A DNA stretch of 64,000 nucleotides from Eledone cirrhosa (GCA_964016885.1 OZ024742.1:262136001-262200000), one strand, 5' to 3'. Shown: positions 1-16,672, counted from the first letter of the stretch. Notes: a model not told the origin generated them from the letters alone. Made by a program: numbers and translations.

Positions 1-249
1 CCAGAAAAATTTGTAGCACTGGCTTTTTCCTACAAGGACTCTAGCAGACCCTCCTCTCCATCTAGTCTCTTGCACACAGCATACATCAACTTCCTTTCGC
101 TCTAGCATTTCTACGATTTCTCCTGCTCTTCCTTTCATTGAGCCTACATTGATGGTACCAACTCGGAGTTTTGGGCATTTGTCGACACTCGTAGGGGAGG
201 GTCTCTGGGTTGGCGCTTCACGTGGGTGCTTGGTAGCTCGCAGATTCAT
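1..249 (-). CDS. N-terminus (APE endonuclease start) of RTE LINE family A ORF; continues beyond window start
   Basis: 1-267 is identical by eye to 26333-26599; the ATG at 249 corresponds to the ATG at 26581 of the 1039-aa ORF (MNLRATKH...GTINVGS...QETRW). Confidence 0.9.
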   Translation of the reverse strand, partial: MNLRATKHPREAPTQRPSPTSVDKCPKLRVGTINVGSMKGRAGEIVEMLERKEVDVCCVQETRWRGGSARVLVGKSQCYKFFW

Positions 250-493
250 ATTTCATCTATTGATTCAGAGTTGCTCGTGTATTCCCAGCTCATCCATCCA
301 TAACGGTGGGAAAATTGAGGGCTAGAAGGACAGTGGTGGTGGGGTAATGGCAGGGTGTGTTGGGATGCGCCAGAGGAGGAGAGAGTTAGTTAGGCAGGTA
401 GTAGCAGCAGCAGCAGTGGAAATGGCATGCTAGGTTTGATTGGTCGAATAGACTATGGTGGTGTGTGGGGGGTGGGGGGGAGGGAAATTGTGA
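250..493 (-). promoter_or_regulatory. Putative 5' UTR of RTE family A (C-rich on the sense strand)
   Basis: Unique sequence directly upstream of the ATG; the second copy is cut 18 nt upstream of the ATG by a (TA)n tract. Confidence 0.55.
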
Positions 494-3400
494 GGTAGGA
501 ACTGAGGGTCGCATGGTAAATATCCAAGTTAATACTACATCAGTAAAATTAACAATAATAACGTCATGAAAAAAGCTACTAAGAGAAACCCTCGAAAATT
601 TATCGTTAATACAGCAGGGAAAATTTAACGCTAATACAGCAGGGAACATCATAATATTAACGACATGAAAAAGCTACTAAGAGAATCCCTCGAAAATTTA
701 TCGCTAATACAGCAGGGAAAATTTAACGCTAATACAGCAGGGAACATCATAATATTAACGACATGAAAAAGCTACTAAGAGAAACCCTCGAAAATTTATC
801 GCTAATACAGCAGGGAAAATTTAACGCTAATACAGCAGGGAACATCATAATATTAACGACAATATGTAGGCTAAAATACCTTCGTAGATTAGGTGGATGG
901 CTGGCTGGGAAAATTTGAATCAGCTCTACTGGTACATTTTAGCAGAGAAGAATGGCAAAGTGTCTTATCTCTTCAATATTTTCAGATTGAATGAATTAGG
1001 TTAAAGACAGGGTAGTAAGCCTTAAAGAAGTGCATAGAGGGGGGGGGGGTAGGAACTGAGGGTCGCATGGTAAATAACTGAAAGAGATACAATAGGATTA
1101 GAATACCGCATGGTAAATATCCAAGTTAATAAGTTAATACTACATCAGTAAAATTAACAATAATAACGTCATGAAAAAAGCTACTAAGAGAAACCCTCGA
1201 AAATTTATCGCTAATACAGCAGGGAAAATTTAACGCTAATACAGCAGGGAACATCATAATATTAACGACATGAAAAAGCTACTAAGAGAAACCCTCGAAA
1301 ATTTATCGCTAATACAGCAGGGAAAATTTAACGCTAATACAGCAGGGAACATCATAATATTAACGACATGAAAAAGCTACTAAGAGAAACCCTCGAAAAT
1401 TTATCGCTAATACAGCAGGGAAAATTTAACGCTAATACAGCAGGGAACATCATAATATTAACGACAATATGTAGGCTAAAATACCTTCGTAGATTAGGTG
1501 GATGGCTGGCTGGGAAAATTTGAATCAGCTCTACTGGTACATTTTAGCAGAGAAGAATGGCAAAGTGTCTTATCTCTTCAATATTTTCAGATTGAATGAA
1601 TTAGGTTAAAGACAGGGTAGTAAGCCTTAAAGAAGTGCATAGAGGGGGGGGGGGGGGTAGGAACTGAGGGTCGCATGGTAAATAACTGAAAGAGATACAA
1701 TAGGATTAGAATACCGCATGGTAAATATCCAAGTTAATAAGTTAATACTACATCAGTAAAATTAACAATAATAACGTCATGAAAAAAGCTACTAAGAGAA
1801 ACCCTCGAAAATTTATCGCTAATACAGCAGGGAAAATTTAACGCTAATACAGCAGGGAACATCATAATATTAACGACATGAAAAAGCTACTAAGAGAAAC
1901 CCTCGAAAATTTATCGCTAATACAGCAGGGAAAATTTAACGCTAATACAGCAGGGAACATCATAATATTAACGACATGAAAAAGCTACTAAGAGAAACCC
2001 TCGAAAATTTATCGCTAATACAGCAGGGAAAATTTAACGCTAATACAGCAGGGAACATCATAATATTAACGACATGAAAAAGCTACTAAGAGAATCCCTC
2101 GAAAATTTATCGCTAATACAGCAGGGAAAATTTAACGCTAATACAGCAGGGAACATCATAATATTAACGACATGAAAAAGCTACTAAGAGAAACCCTCGA
2201 AAATTTATCGCTAATACAGCAGGGAAAATTTAACGCTAATACAGCAGGGAACATCATAATATTAACGACAATATGTAGGCTAAAATACCTTCGTAGATTA
2301 GGTGGATGGCTGGCTGGGAAAATTTGAATCAGCTCTACTGGTACATTTTAGCAGAGAAGAATGGCAAAGTGTCTTATCTCTTCAATATTTTCAGATTGAA
2401 TGAATTAGGTTAAAGACAGGGTAGTAAGCCTTAAAGAAGTGCATAGAGGGGGGGGGGGGTAGGAACTGAGGGTCGCATGGTAAATAACTGAAAGAGATAC
2501 AATAGGATTAGAATACCGCATGGTAAATATCCAAGTTAATAAGTTAATACTACATCAGTAAAATTAACAATAATAACGTCATGAAAAAAGCTACTAAGAG
2601 AAACCCTCGAAAATTTATCGCTAATACAGCAGGGAAAATTTAACGCTAATACAGCAGGGAACATCATAATATTAACGACATGAAAAAGCTACTAAGAGAA
2701 ACCCTCGAAAATTTATCGCTAATACAGCAGGGAAAATTTAACGCTAATACAGCAGGGAACATCATAATATTAACGACATGAAAAAGCTACTAAGAGAAAC
2801 CCTCGAAAATTTATCGCTAATACAGCAGGGAAAATTTAACGCTAATACAGCAGGGAACATCATAATATTAACGACAATATGTAGGCTAAAATACCTTCGT
2901 AGATTAGGTGGATGGCTGGCTGGGAAAATTTGAATCAGCTCTACTGGTACATTTTAGCAGAGAAGAATGGCAAAGTGTCTTATCTCTTCAATATTTTCAG
3001 ATTGAATGAATTAGGTTAAAGACAGGGTAGTAAGCCTTAAAGAAGTGCATAGAGGGGGGGGGGGGGGGTAGGAACTGAGGGTCGCATGGTAAATAACTGA
3101 AAGAGATACAATAGGATTAGAATACCGCATGGTAAATATCCAAGTTAATAAGTTAATACTACATCAGTAAAATTAACAATAATAACGTCATGAAAAAAAG
3201 CTACTAAGAGAAACCCTCGAAAATTTATCGCTAATACAGCAGGGAAAATTTAACGCTAATACAGCAGGGAACATCATAATATTAACGACATGAAAAAGCT
3301 ACTAAGAGAAACCCTCGAAAATTTATCGCTAATACAGCAGGGAAAATTTAACGCTAATACAGCAGGGAACATCATAATATTAACGACATGAAAAAGCTAC

Positions 3401-4460
3401 TAAGAGAAACCCTCGAAATTTATCGCTAATACAGCAGGGAAAATTTAACGCTAATACAGCAGGGAACATCATAATATTAACGACAATATGTAGGCTAAAA
3501 TACCTTCGTAGATTAGGTGGATGGCTGGCTGGGAAAATTTGAATCAGCTCTACTGGTACATTTTAGCAGAGAAGAATGGCAAAGTGTCTTATCTCTTCAA
3601 TATTTTCAGATTGAATGAATTAGGTTAAAGACAGGGTAGTAAGCCTTAAAGAAGTGCATAGAGGGGGGGGGGGGGTAGGAACTGAGGGTCGCATGGTAAA
3701 TAACTGAAAGAGATACAATAGGATTAGAATACCGCATGGTAAATATCCAAGTTAATAAGTTAATACTACATCAGTAAAATTAACAATAATAACGTCATGA
3801 AAAAAGCTACTAAGAGAAACCCTCGAAAATTTATCGCTAATACAGCAGGGAAAATTTAACGCTAATACAGCAGGGAACATCATAATATTAACGACATGAA
3901 AAAGCTACTAAGAGAAACCCTCGAAAATTTATCGCTAATACAGCAGGAAAATTTAACGCTAATACAGCAGGGAACATCATAATATTAACGACATGAAAAG
4001 TTACTAAGAGAAACCCTCGAAAATTTATCGCTAATACAGCAGGAAAAATTTAACGCTAATACAGCAGGGAACATCATAATATTAACGACAATATGTAGGC
4101 TAAAATACCTTCGTAGATTAGGTGGATGGCTGGCTGGGAAAATTTGAATCAGCTCTACTGGTACATTTTAGCAGAGAAGAATGGCAAAGTGTCTTATCTC
4201 TTCAATATTTTCAGATTGAATGAATTAGGTTAAAGACAGGGTAGTAAGCCTTAAAGAAGTGCATAGAGGGGGGGGGGGGGTAGGAACTGAGGGTCGCATG
4301 GTAAATAACTGAAAGAGATACAATAGGATTAGAATACCGCATGGTAAATATCCAAGTTAATAAGTTAATACTACATCAGTAAAATTAACAATAATAACGT
4401 CATGAAAAAAGCTACTAAGAGAAACCCTCGAAAATTTATCGCTAATACAGCAGGGAAAAT
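494..4460. repeat. Higher-order tandem array: ~607-bp monomers (about 6.3 copies), each with three 98-bp subunits (five in one monomer)
   Basis: Poly-G + TAGGAACTGAGG landmarks near 1050, 1659, 2461, 3070, 3677, 4282; 98-bp period (ATGAAAAAGCTAC at 1270 and 1368); CGCTAATACAGCAGGGA occurs twice per subunit; monomers nearly identical. Confidence 0.95.
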
Positions 4461-4717
4461 ATATGTATATATATATATGTATATATGTATATATATATAT
4501 GTATATATATATATGTATATATATATGTATATATATATGTATATATATATATGTATATATATATGTATATATATATGTATATATATATATGTATATATAT
4601 ATATGTATATATATATATGTATATATATATATGTATATATATATATGTATATATTTATATATATATATGTATATATATATATGTATATATGTATATATAT
4701 ATATGTATATATATATA

Positions 4718-4751
<34 letters not shown>
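4460..4751. repeat. (TA)n/(TATATG)n microsatellite
   Basis: Direct inspection. Confidence 0.95.
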
Positions 4752-4754
<3 letters not shown>

Positions 4755-7519
4755 ACAAGCCAGGTAGATTATATCCTTACCAGAAGACGTGACAGAGTGT
4801 CTGTTGTAAACACTAAATCTCTCCCCCATGAAGAATGCACCTCCCAACATAGACTGATAATTAGCGACCTCATAGTCAGGACGAGACGTACTCGACAGCA
4901 GAAGAGGACTATCCTCAGGAGGAAAATATGGAAACTAAAGGACCCCACAGCCAGAAATAAATTTCAAAGCATATTACTTGATGCTTTCGACAGTAAGGAA
5001 GAGCATCTAGAATCGGACAATATAGAGGGACAGTGGGAATTTCTGAAAGCAAACCTGCTGTTGGCGACAGACGAAGTCTGTGGCTGGAGCAGGCCTGTAG
5101 GCAGAGGAGAGTAACATGGTGGTGGAACAGTAGGGTGGAGGGGTCAATTAAGGCCAAAAAGCAGGCTTGGAAAGTATGGCGGGATGGGGGAAGTAGAGTA
5201 GACTATCAAGTGGCCAGGAGGGAAGCTAGGAGAGAAGTGTACTTAGCAAGAAGGGAAGCTGAGGAAAGAAAGTTCAAGCATGTTCTACAACGCGATGTGT
5301 TCAGGATTGCCAGGCAATGCGTCAAGAAAACCGTGATATTGTCGGGGAGAAGTGTGTACTTAACGATGATGGCATACTTGCCATCACCGACACTGATAAG
5401 AAGGTAGCTTGGAAGTGTCACTATGAAAGGCTACTAAATGAGGAGAATAAATGGGAGAAAGACAGTCTCCCCCATATCGACCCGATAGAGGGACCAGCAG
5501 TGTTAGTCGAGGGGAGTATAATAAGTAAGGTAATCAAGGATATGAAGACGGGTAAGGCGGCTGGGCCTTCGGAAATAGTTGCTGAGATGCTGAAGGCATC
5601 TGGCACGGTGGGACACACCATGGTCACCCGCATAGTTAACCAAGTCGTACAGAATGGGGTTGTTCCGAAGGACTGGCATAGCAGCATCATCGTTAACTGT
5701 TATAAGGGTAAAGGAGACGCCCTAGATAGGAGTAACTATAGAGGCATTAAATTAATCGACCAGGTCATGAAGGTCACGGAAAAAGTAATAGCGCAACTAA
5801 TCAGGGAGAGAATTGACCTAGATGAAATGCAGTTCGGGTTTGTGTCAGGCAAAAGCACCACAGACGCTCTTTTCATAGTACGACAACTACAGGAGAAGTA
5901 CCTAGCTAAAGGTAAACTCCTCTACTTAGCTTTTGTCGACCTGGAGAAAGCCTTCGACAGAATCCCCCGCTCCATTATCTGGTGGGCTCTTAGAAAACTA
6001 GGCGTTGGCGAATGGCTTGTGAGGGCTATACAAGCCATGTATAAAGAAACAGTCAGCAAGGTTAGAATTAACAACGAATATAGTGAAGAGTTTAGCGTAA
6101 AAGTTGGCGTCCATCAGGGCTCTGTTCTCAGCCCCCTACTATTTATTATTGCCCTTCAGGCTATAACAGAGGAGTTCAAGACAGGCTGCCCATGGGAACT
6201 CCTATACGCAGACGACCTGACACTCATAGCGGAATCAATGGCCGAGCTAGAGAAGAAATTCCAAACATGGAAGCACGGCCTAGAGTCAAAAGGACTTAAA
6301 ATTAACCTGGCTAAGACCAAAGTTCTAGTTTGTAGGAAAGAAAACAAGGCGGCAGTCCCTTCTAGGAAATGGTCGTGCTCGGTATGTAGGAAAGGCGTAG
6401 GTAGAAACTCCATCTTATGTCCTAAATGCAAAGTATGGGTGCATAAAAGATGTAGCGGGATCACAGGTAAGCTAACTAAGAACATAGACTTTACATGTGG
6501 CCGGTGTTCTGGTGCAATAAGTAGCAGCAAGTGCCCACAAAATACTAGCTCTTTCAATTGCGCAGAGGGTTCTATAGAAATAGTGGACAGCTTCCGTTAC
6601 CTGGGCGATAAAATCAGCAGTGGGGGAGGGTGCTCTGAAAGTACTGTAGCTAGAGTCAGAACTGGTTGGAAAAAGTTCAGAGAGCTTATACCACTATTAG
6701 CTGCTAAAGGGTTCTCCCTAAAAATGAAAGGCAGGTTGTACGATGCCTGCATACGAACAGCAATGTTGCATGGTAGTGAGACCTGGGCATTGTGTGCAGA
6801 GGATATACGCAGACTAGAGAGGAACGAAGCTTGCATGCTCCGCTGGATGTGTAACAGTAATATACGTGAACGGCAAAGCATAAACGAACTAAGGAAAAAA
6901 TTAGAGATAAGAGGGATCAGATGTTGTTTACTCGAGAGAAGGCTGCGTTGGTATGGACACGTGATGCGCATGAAAGTCGATAGCTGTATTACAAAGTGCA
7001 GGGCAATAAAGATAGACGGTAGCCACGGAATAGGCAGGCCTAGAAAAACATGAGATGAGCTGATAAACTCCGACCTCACACACTTACACCTCTCCAAGAC
7101 AATGTCACTGGACCAAGACCTTTGGCGGTACTCAGTAACAGAGAAGACCCGCCTTGCCAGTAGGCATCTCTAACAAAATACACCCCGTCCCGCCACCACC
7201 CCCACCCCATCCACACCACCCCGTTCTATGTAAAGTTATGTTGGTGCCGCGCCATCCAGGCCGAAACAAATGAGATCGTGTAGGTGTCACGACAAAAAAA
7301 CACACAGTCCACGCTGTAATGTGGCCGTGTAGGCAACACGGTAAAAACCTCCCAGACCCACACTGTAAATGTGGTTGGTGTTAGGAAGGGCATCCAACTG
7401 TAGAAAACCTGCCAGACAGTCCTATGCGAGCAAGACAATCACTCTTGCCTCAAGTGGGACTACCCCCGTCCAAACCCATGCAAGCGTGGAACACGGACGT
7501 TAAACGTTGATGATGATGA

Positions 7520-7523
<4 letters not shown>
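4752..7523 (+). mobile_element. RTE LINE family B, 5'-truncated and frameshifted; RT ORF 5317-7053
   Basis: SQVDYIL/QHRLI endonuclease tail, NYRGIKL, FVDLEKAFD, GVHQGSVLSP, YADD, internal Cys/His finger, 3' UTR ending in (GAT)n then (TA)n. Confidence 0.93.
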
Positions 7524-7564
<41 letters not shown>

Positions 7565-7659
7565 AAGAAATTAAAAGATTCTCCAGTCCAATAAACTGTT
7601 GTGTGCTACGTTTCCGATATATGCATAGTTTTATTGTCCTACAATAAAACTCACCTCCT

Positions 7660-9849
<2,190 letters not shown>

Positions 9850-9851
<2 letters not shown>

Positions 9852-10398
9852 TATTACAAAGTGCAGGGCAATAAAGATAGACGGTAGCCACGGAATAGGC
9901 AGACCTAGAAAAACATGGGATGAGCTGATAAACTCCGACCTCACACACTTACACCTCTCCAAGACAATGTCACTGGACCGTGACCTTTGGCGGTACTCAG
10001 TAACAGAGAAGACCCGCCTTGCCAGTAGGCATCTCTAACAAAATACACCCCGTCCCGCCACCACCCCCACCCCATCCACACCACCCCGTTCTATGTAAAG
10101 TTATGTTGGTGCCGCGCCATCCAGGCCGAAACAAATGAGATCGTGTAGGTGTCACGACAAAAAAAACACACAGTCCACGCTGTAATGTGGCCGTGTAGGC
10201 AACACGGTAAAAACCTCCCAGACCCACACTGTAAATGTGGTTGGTGTTAGGAAGGGCATCCAACTGTAGAAAACCTGCCAGACAGTCCTATGCGAGCAAG
10301 ACAATCACTCTTGCCTCAAGTGGGACTACCCCCGTCCAAACCCATGGAAGCGTGGAACACGGACGTTAAACGTTGATGATGATGATGATGATGATGAT
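9850..10398 (+). mobile_element. RTE family B 3' fragment
   Basis: Near-identical to ~6985-7523, with (GAT)n tail. Confidence 0.92.
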
Positions 10399-10588
10399 AT
10401 TATATATATATATTATATATATATATTATATATATATATTATATATATATATATTATATATATATATTATATATATATATATATTATATATATTATATAT
10501 ATATATTATATATATATATATATTATATATATATATTATATATATATATATATTATATATATATATTATATATATTATATATATATAT

Positions 10589-10621
<33 letters not shown>

Positions 10622-10684
10622 ATATATATATATTATATATATAAATATATATTATATATATATATTATATATATATATATATAT

Positions 10685-10739
<55 letters not shown>

Positions 10740-10977
10740 ATATATATTATATATATATATTATATATATAAATATATATTATATATATATATTATATATA
10801 TATATTATATATATATATATATATTATATATATATATATATATTATATATATATATATATTATATATATATATATATATTATATATATATATATATATTA
10901 TATATATATATATATATTTTATATATATATTATATATATAAATATATATTATATACATATATTATATATATATATAT

Positions 10978-11011
<34 letters not shown>

Positions 11012-11083
11012 ATTATATATATATATTATATATATAAATATATATTATATATATATATATATATTATATATATATATATATAT

Positions 11084-11115
<32 letters not shown>

Positions 11116-11166
11116 ATTATATATATAAATATATATTATATATATATTATATATATATATATATAT

Positions 11167-11198
<32 letters not shown>

Positions 11199-11317
11199 AT
11201 ATATATTATATATATATATTATATATATAAATATATATTATATACATATATTATATATATATATATTATATATATATATTATATATATAAATATATATTA
11301 TATATATATATATATAT

Positions 11318-11348
<31 letters not shown>

Positions 11349-11376
11349 AATATATATTATATATATATATATATAT

Positions 11377-11408
<32 letters not shown>

Positions 11409-11476
11409 ATATTATATATATATATTATATATATAAATATATATTATATACATATATTATATATATATATATATAT

Positions 11477-11508
<32 letters not shown>

Positions 11509-12607
11509 ATATATATTATATATATATATTATATATATAAATATATATTATATACATATATTATATATATATATATTATATATATATATTATATATATAA
11601 ATATATATTATATATATATATATATATTATATATATAAATATATATTATATACATATATTATATATATATATATTATATATATATATTATATATATTATA
11701 TATATATATTATATATATAAATATATATTATATATATATATTATATATATATATTATATATATAAATATATATTATATACATATATTATATATATATATA
11801 TTATATATATATATTATATATATAAATATATATTATATATATATATTATATATATAAATATATATTATATACATATATTATATATATATATATTATATAT
11901 ATATATTATATATATAAATATATATTATATACATATATTATATATATATATATTATATATATATATTATATATATAAATATATATTATATAAATATATTA
12001 TATATATAAATATATATTATATACATATATTATATATATATATTATATATATATATTATATATATAAATATATATTATATACATATATTATATATATATA
12101 TTATATATATAAATATATATTATATACATATATTATATATATATATTATATATATAAATATATATTATATACATATATTATATATATATATTATATATAT
12201 AAATATATATTATATACATATATTATATATATATATTATATATATATACATATATTATATATATATATTATATATATATACATATATTATATATATATAT
12301 TATATATATATACATACATTATATATATATATTATATATATATACATATATTATATATATATATTATATATATATATTATATATACATATTATATTATAT
12401 ATACATATTATATTATATATACATATTATATATATATACATATATTATATATATATATATATATTATATATATATATATTATATATATATATTATATTAT
12501 ATATACATATTATATTATATATACATATTATATTATATATACATATATTATATATATATATATATATTATGTATATATATATTATATATATATTATATAT
12601 ATATATA
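10399..12607. repeat. Interrupted (TA)n array with TAAATA/TACATA variant units
   Basis: Direct inspection. Confidence 0.95.
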
Positions 12608-12810
12608 GGAACGAGTAGGACCCCGACGGCTGAGCTCAAGCCGTTTCGACGGCTAATTCTGGACTAATTTAGTCCAGAATTAACCGTCAAAACGGCTTGA
12701 GCTCAGCCATCGGGGTCCTACTCGTTCCTATTACTCACTCTACTACCCTAAGTATTGAGTACTTTAGTGCGTTATGGTCCACCTGGTTCCTTACCAAATT
12801 TCCTTCGTTA
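12608..12810 (+). mobile_element. Fold-back element: ~120-bp palindrome plus ~80-bp tail; contains the 3' half of a hammerhead
   Basis: Arms 12608-12667 and 12669-12728 are near-perfect reverse complements; homologous to 22891-23082 and 8160-8258. Confidence 0.85.
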
Positions 12811-12811
12811 T

Positions 12812-13198
12812 ATCATCATCATCATCATCATCATCAACGTTTAATGTCCGTGTTCCACGCTTGCATGGGTTTGGACGGGGGTAGTCCCACTTGAGGCAAG
12901 AGTGATTGTCTTGCTCGCATAAGACTGTCTGGCAGGTTTTCTACAGTTGGATGCCCTTCCTAACACCAACCACATTTACAGTGTGGGTCTGGGAGGTTTT
13001 TACCGTGTTGCCTACACGGCCACATTACAGCGTGGACTGTGTGTTTTTTTGTCGTGACACCTACACGATCTCATTTGTTTCGGCCTGGATGGTGTGGCAC
13101 CAACATAACTTTACATAGAACGGGGTGGTGTGGATGGGGTGGGGGTGGTGGTGGTGGGACGGGGGGGGGGGTATTTTGTTAGAGATGCCTACTGGCTG
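12812..13198 (-). mobile_element. RTE family B 3' UTR fragment
   Basis: Reverse complement of ~7156-7523 with (CAT)n tail. Confidence 0.9.
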
Positions 13199-13253
13199 AT
13201 ATATATATATTATATATATATATATATATTATATATATATATATATTATATAT

Positions 13254-13285
<32 letters not shown>

Positions 13286-13293
13286 ATATATAT

Positions 13294-13324
<31 letters not shown>

Positions 13325-13348
13325 ATACATATTATATATATATTATAT

Positions 13349-14139
13349 ATCTATCTATCTAAGGCGGGTAAAATTCCCGAGATCCATGGACGAGTTCTCT
13401 CCAGCGGTCTCTGTCCCTCATTATCGCTGCCATGTCCTGTGTCTCCAACAGACCAGTGTCTGTCCTTAGGGCATCAACATACATTAACCTTGGTCTTCCT
13501 CTTCTAGTGTGTCCATGTAGGGGCTCCCAAAGGAGCACTGAGTGCAATGTCAACTCTGGATGTCGGTGAGCATGTTCAGCCAACCTCAGTCTCCTCTGTA
13601 TCACTTTTGAGCTGACTTTTTGGGAGGCTCCCATACAGCTCTGAGTTTTTCATCCTCAGTGTATACTGATTAATGTTCAGAGCCATCCTCAGCATTCTTG
13701 TGTAGCACCCATCCACCATCTGAGTGAGTTTCTTGGTCAGTGTCCAAGTCTCAGCCCATACAGCAGCACAGATTCCACTACAGCAATGAAGATATCGGAT
13801 GCTGAATTTGCCGACGACATAGTTTTGGTGACAAATACAGTGAATGATGCAGAGGATTTGATGCGAGAGGTTGAGACTGTGTCTATGAGTGTGGGGCTGA
13901 GAATGAATGAGACAAAAACAAAATATCTGGTAGAGAATATTGAGAAGCCAGAGGGGATCACTAATGTAGGCGGGAAGCCGCTAGAATTGGTTGAGGGCTT
14001 CCTGTATTTGGGAGCAAAGATTGGGAATACGGAAGATGATGTGGTTGAGAGGAAGAGCAAGGCCTGGGCGGTGTGCCACAGCTTGAGATCGGTGTGGAAG
14101 TCGGACCTTCGTAGAGAACTGAAAATCCGCCTCTTCATA
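13349..14139 (-). mobile_element. RTE family E 3' copy with 5' inversion
   Basis: 13349-13792 matches 26800-27243; 13793-14139 is the reverse complement of ~27238-27582 (FADD...FLYLG). Confidence 0.9.
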
Positions 14140-14808
14140 TTATATATATTATATATATATATTATATATATATATTATATATATTATATATATATATTAT
14201 ATATATATATTATATATATATATATTATATATATATATTATATATATTATATATATATATTATATATATATAGTATATATATATATTATATATATATATA
14301 TATTATATATATTATATATATATATATATATTATATATATTATATATATATATATTATATATATATTATATATATATATTATATATATATATATTATATA
14401 TATATTATATATATATATTATATATATATATTATATATATATATTATATATTATATATTATATATATATATTATATATATATATTATATATATATATTAT
14501 ATATTATATATTATATATATATATTATATATTATATATTATATATATATATTATATATTATATATTATATATATATATTATATATTATATATTATATATA
14601 TATATTATATATATATATTATATATATATATTATATATTATATATTATATATATATATTATATATATATACATATATTATATAATATATATATATATATT
14701 ATATATATATATATTATATATATATATATTATATAATATATATATATATTATATATATATATATTATATATATATATTATATATATATATACATATAGTA
14801 TATATTAT

Positions 14809-14959
14809 ATCATCATCATCATCGTTTAATGTCCCTGTTCCACGCTTGCATGGGTTTGGACGGGGGTTTTCCCACTTGAGGCAAGAGTGGTTGTCTTGCT
14901 CGCATAGGACTGTCTGGCGGGTTTTCTACAGCTGGATGCCCTTCCTAACACCAACCACA
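14809..14959 (-). mobile_element. RTE family B extreme 3' fragment
   Basis: (CAT)n + CGTTTAATGTCC...CTGGATGCCCTTCCTAACACCAACCAC. Confidence 0.85.
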
Positions 14960-15042
14960 TATATATATATATATATTATATATATACATATATTATATAT
15001 ATTTATATATATATATATTATATATATATTTATATATATATA

Positions 15043-16146
15043 TTTCGTTTCTGAATTTGTTTAGCAAGATTCTTTATCTGAAATCGTGTGTTGAAACCGA
15101 TATTGTTATACTTTGGGAGGGTCATATTGCCAATAAGAAACACACGCACCAGTTGCTTTAACTTCAATTTATTATATATTTATAAATTTATAAATTTACA
15201 TATTTACAAACTTATAAATTTCTGGTTGGTTGGTTGGTTCCACAACCAGATAGTTGTTTATATATAGTCATAGTCCTTTCGTCACACACTCTGTGACCTC
15301 TTCAGTGACTGGGGATTCCTTTCCTTTGTTTCTGTGCCTTTCCTTTCTTCTATCCTACGCCATTTTGTTTCTGTGTGTGTGTTGTGTGCTCAGTTTGCGC
15401 ATGCGCCACATCCGGGTGTCTGTGTGTGTTTGTGTTCATTTATCTATTTGTTTATTTATTTATTTATTTATTTATTGTTGGTTGGTTGTTTGTTCTATGT
15501 GTGTGTGTGTTTTCATTTTGTCCTGTGTGTGTTTTCATTTTGTCCTTAATTGTAAGTTGTTTGTTCTATGTGTGTGTGTGTTTTCATTTTGTCCTGTGTG
15601 TGTTTTCATTTTGTCCTTAATTGTAAGTTGTGATGTTGCTGTTCCACTCATATTTTCTAGTTAATTTTGGTTTTAATTCTTTTATGCTTACTGCCTCTGT
15701 AATTTGCCTAAACATTGCGTCTTTTCTGTGTGTGGATTCTATTTTAATTTCTATGTTCTCTAGTCTACCCCTGTGTTCTATCTTAGCATGTTGGTAGAGC
15801 ACAGATGATTCTTTATTATCTTGGAGGTCTCGCCAGTGTTCATTTATTCGTTCCCCTATACTATGAGCTGTCTCACCTATGTACACTATATTTTTGTTTC
15901 TACATTGTCCTTCTGTACATCTTATGCTATACACTACATTTCTAGTTTTACAGTTAATATGGGGGCTTACTTTACAGGTTATACATTTCTATGACTATAT
16001 ATAAACAACTATCTGGTTGTGGAACCAACCAACCAACCAGAAATTTCTAAGTTTGTAAATTTAAAAATATATAATAAATAGAAGTGAAAGCAACTTGTGC
16101 GTGTGTTTCTTATTGGCAACATGACCCTCCCAAAGTATAACAATAT
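15043..16146 (-). mobile_element. Penelope-like element 3' part: GIY-YIG ORF end (15617-~15985), 3' pLTR with HHR, inverted pLTR segment 15989-16146
   Basis: VYSIRC...YIGET...RINEH...EAVSI GIY-YIG motif; 15989-16146 is the reverse complement of ~15098-15273. Confidence 0.88.
15266..15310 (-). ncRNA. Minimal type I hammerhead ribozyme
   Basis: Minus strand reads AGTCA-CTGAAGA-G GTCACA gagtg TGTGAC-GAAA-GGAC-TA^TGACT: perfect 5-bp stem I, 6-bp stem II, intact core. Confidence 0.85.
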
Positions 16147-16152
16147 ATATAT

Positions 16153-16338
<186 letters not shown>

Positions 16339-16343
16339 CCTAT

Positions 16344-16653
16344 GAAGGCACATGGCTTAGTGGTTAGAGCATTGGCCTTGCAATCGAGAGGTTGTGAGTT
16401 CAATTCTCAGACCGGGTGATGTGTTGTGTCCTTGAGCAAGACACATTATTTCACATTGTTCCAGTTTACTCAGCTGTAGAAATGAGATGATGGGGACTGG
16501 GGTCCCTATCATTCCACTGCAAAGTGGTCGTGGAGGCAAAAAAGCACCCAGCACTCACTGTAAATGAGGTTGGTGTTAGGAAGGGCATCCAGCTGTAGAA
16601 ATCAAGCCAGAATCAGGGAAAAGTGGACGTAAAATGATGATGATGATGATGAT
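16344..16653 (+). mobile_element. tRNA-derived SINE with RTE-derived 3' end
   Basis: A box TGGCTTAGTGG, B box GAGTTCAATTC, TGTCCTTGAGCAAGACAC core, (ATG)n tail; homologous to copies at 40624 and 57718. Confidence 0.88.
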
Positions 16654-16672
16654 ATATATTATATATATATAG

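Noticed and set aside
494-4460. Array as CRISPR or as a hammerhead-containing satellite
   Set aside because: No unique spacers (units are near-identical); CTGAGGG and CTGATGT lack the CTGANGA core and compatible stems.
16344-16415. tRNA gene
   Set aside because: A and B boxes are present but there is no cloverleaf; it continues into a SINE body and tail.
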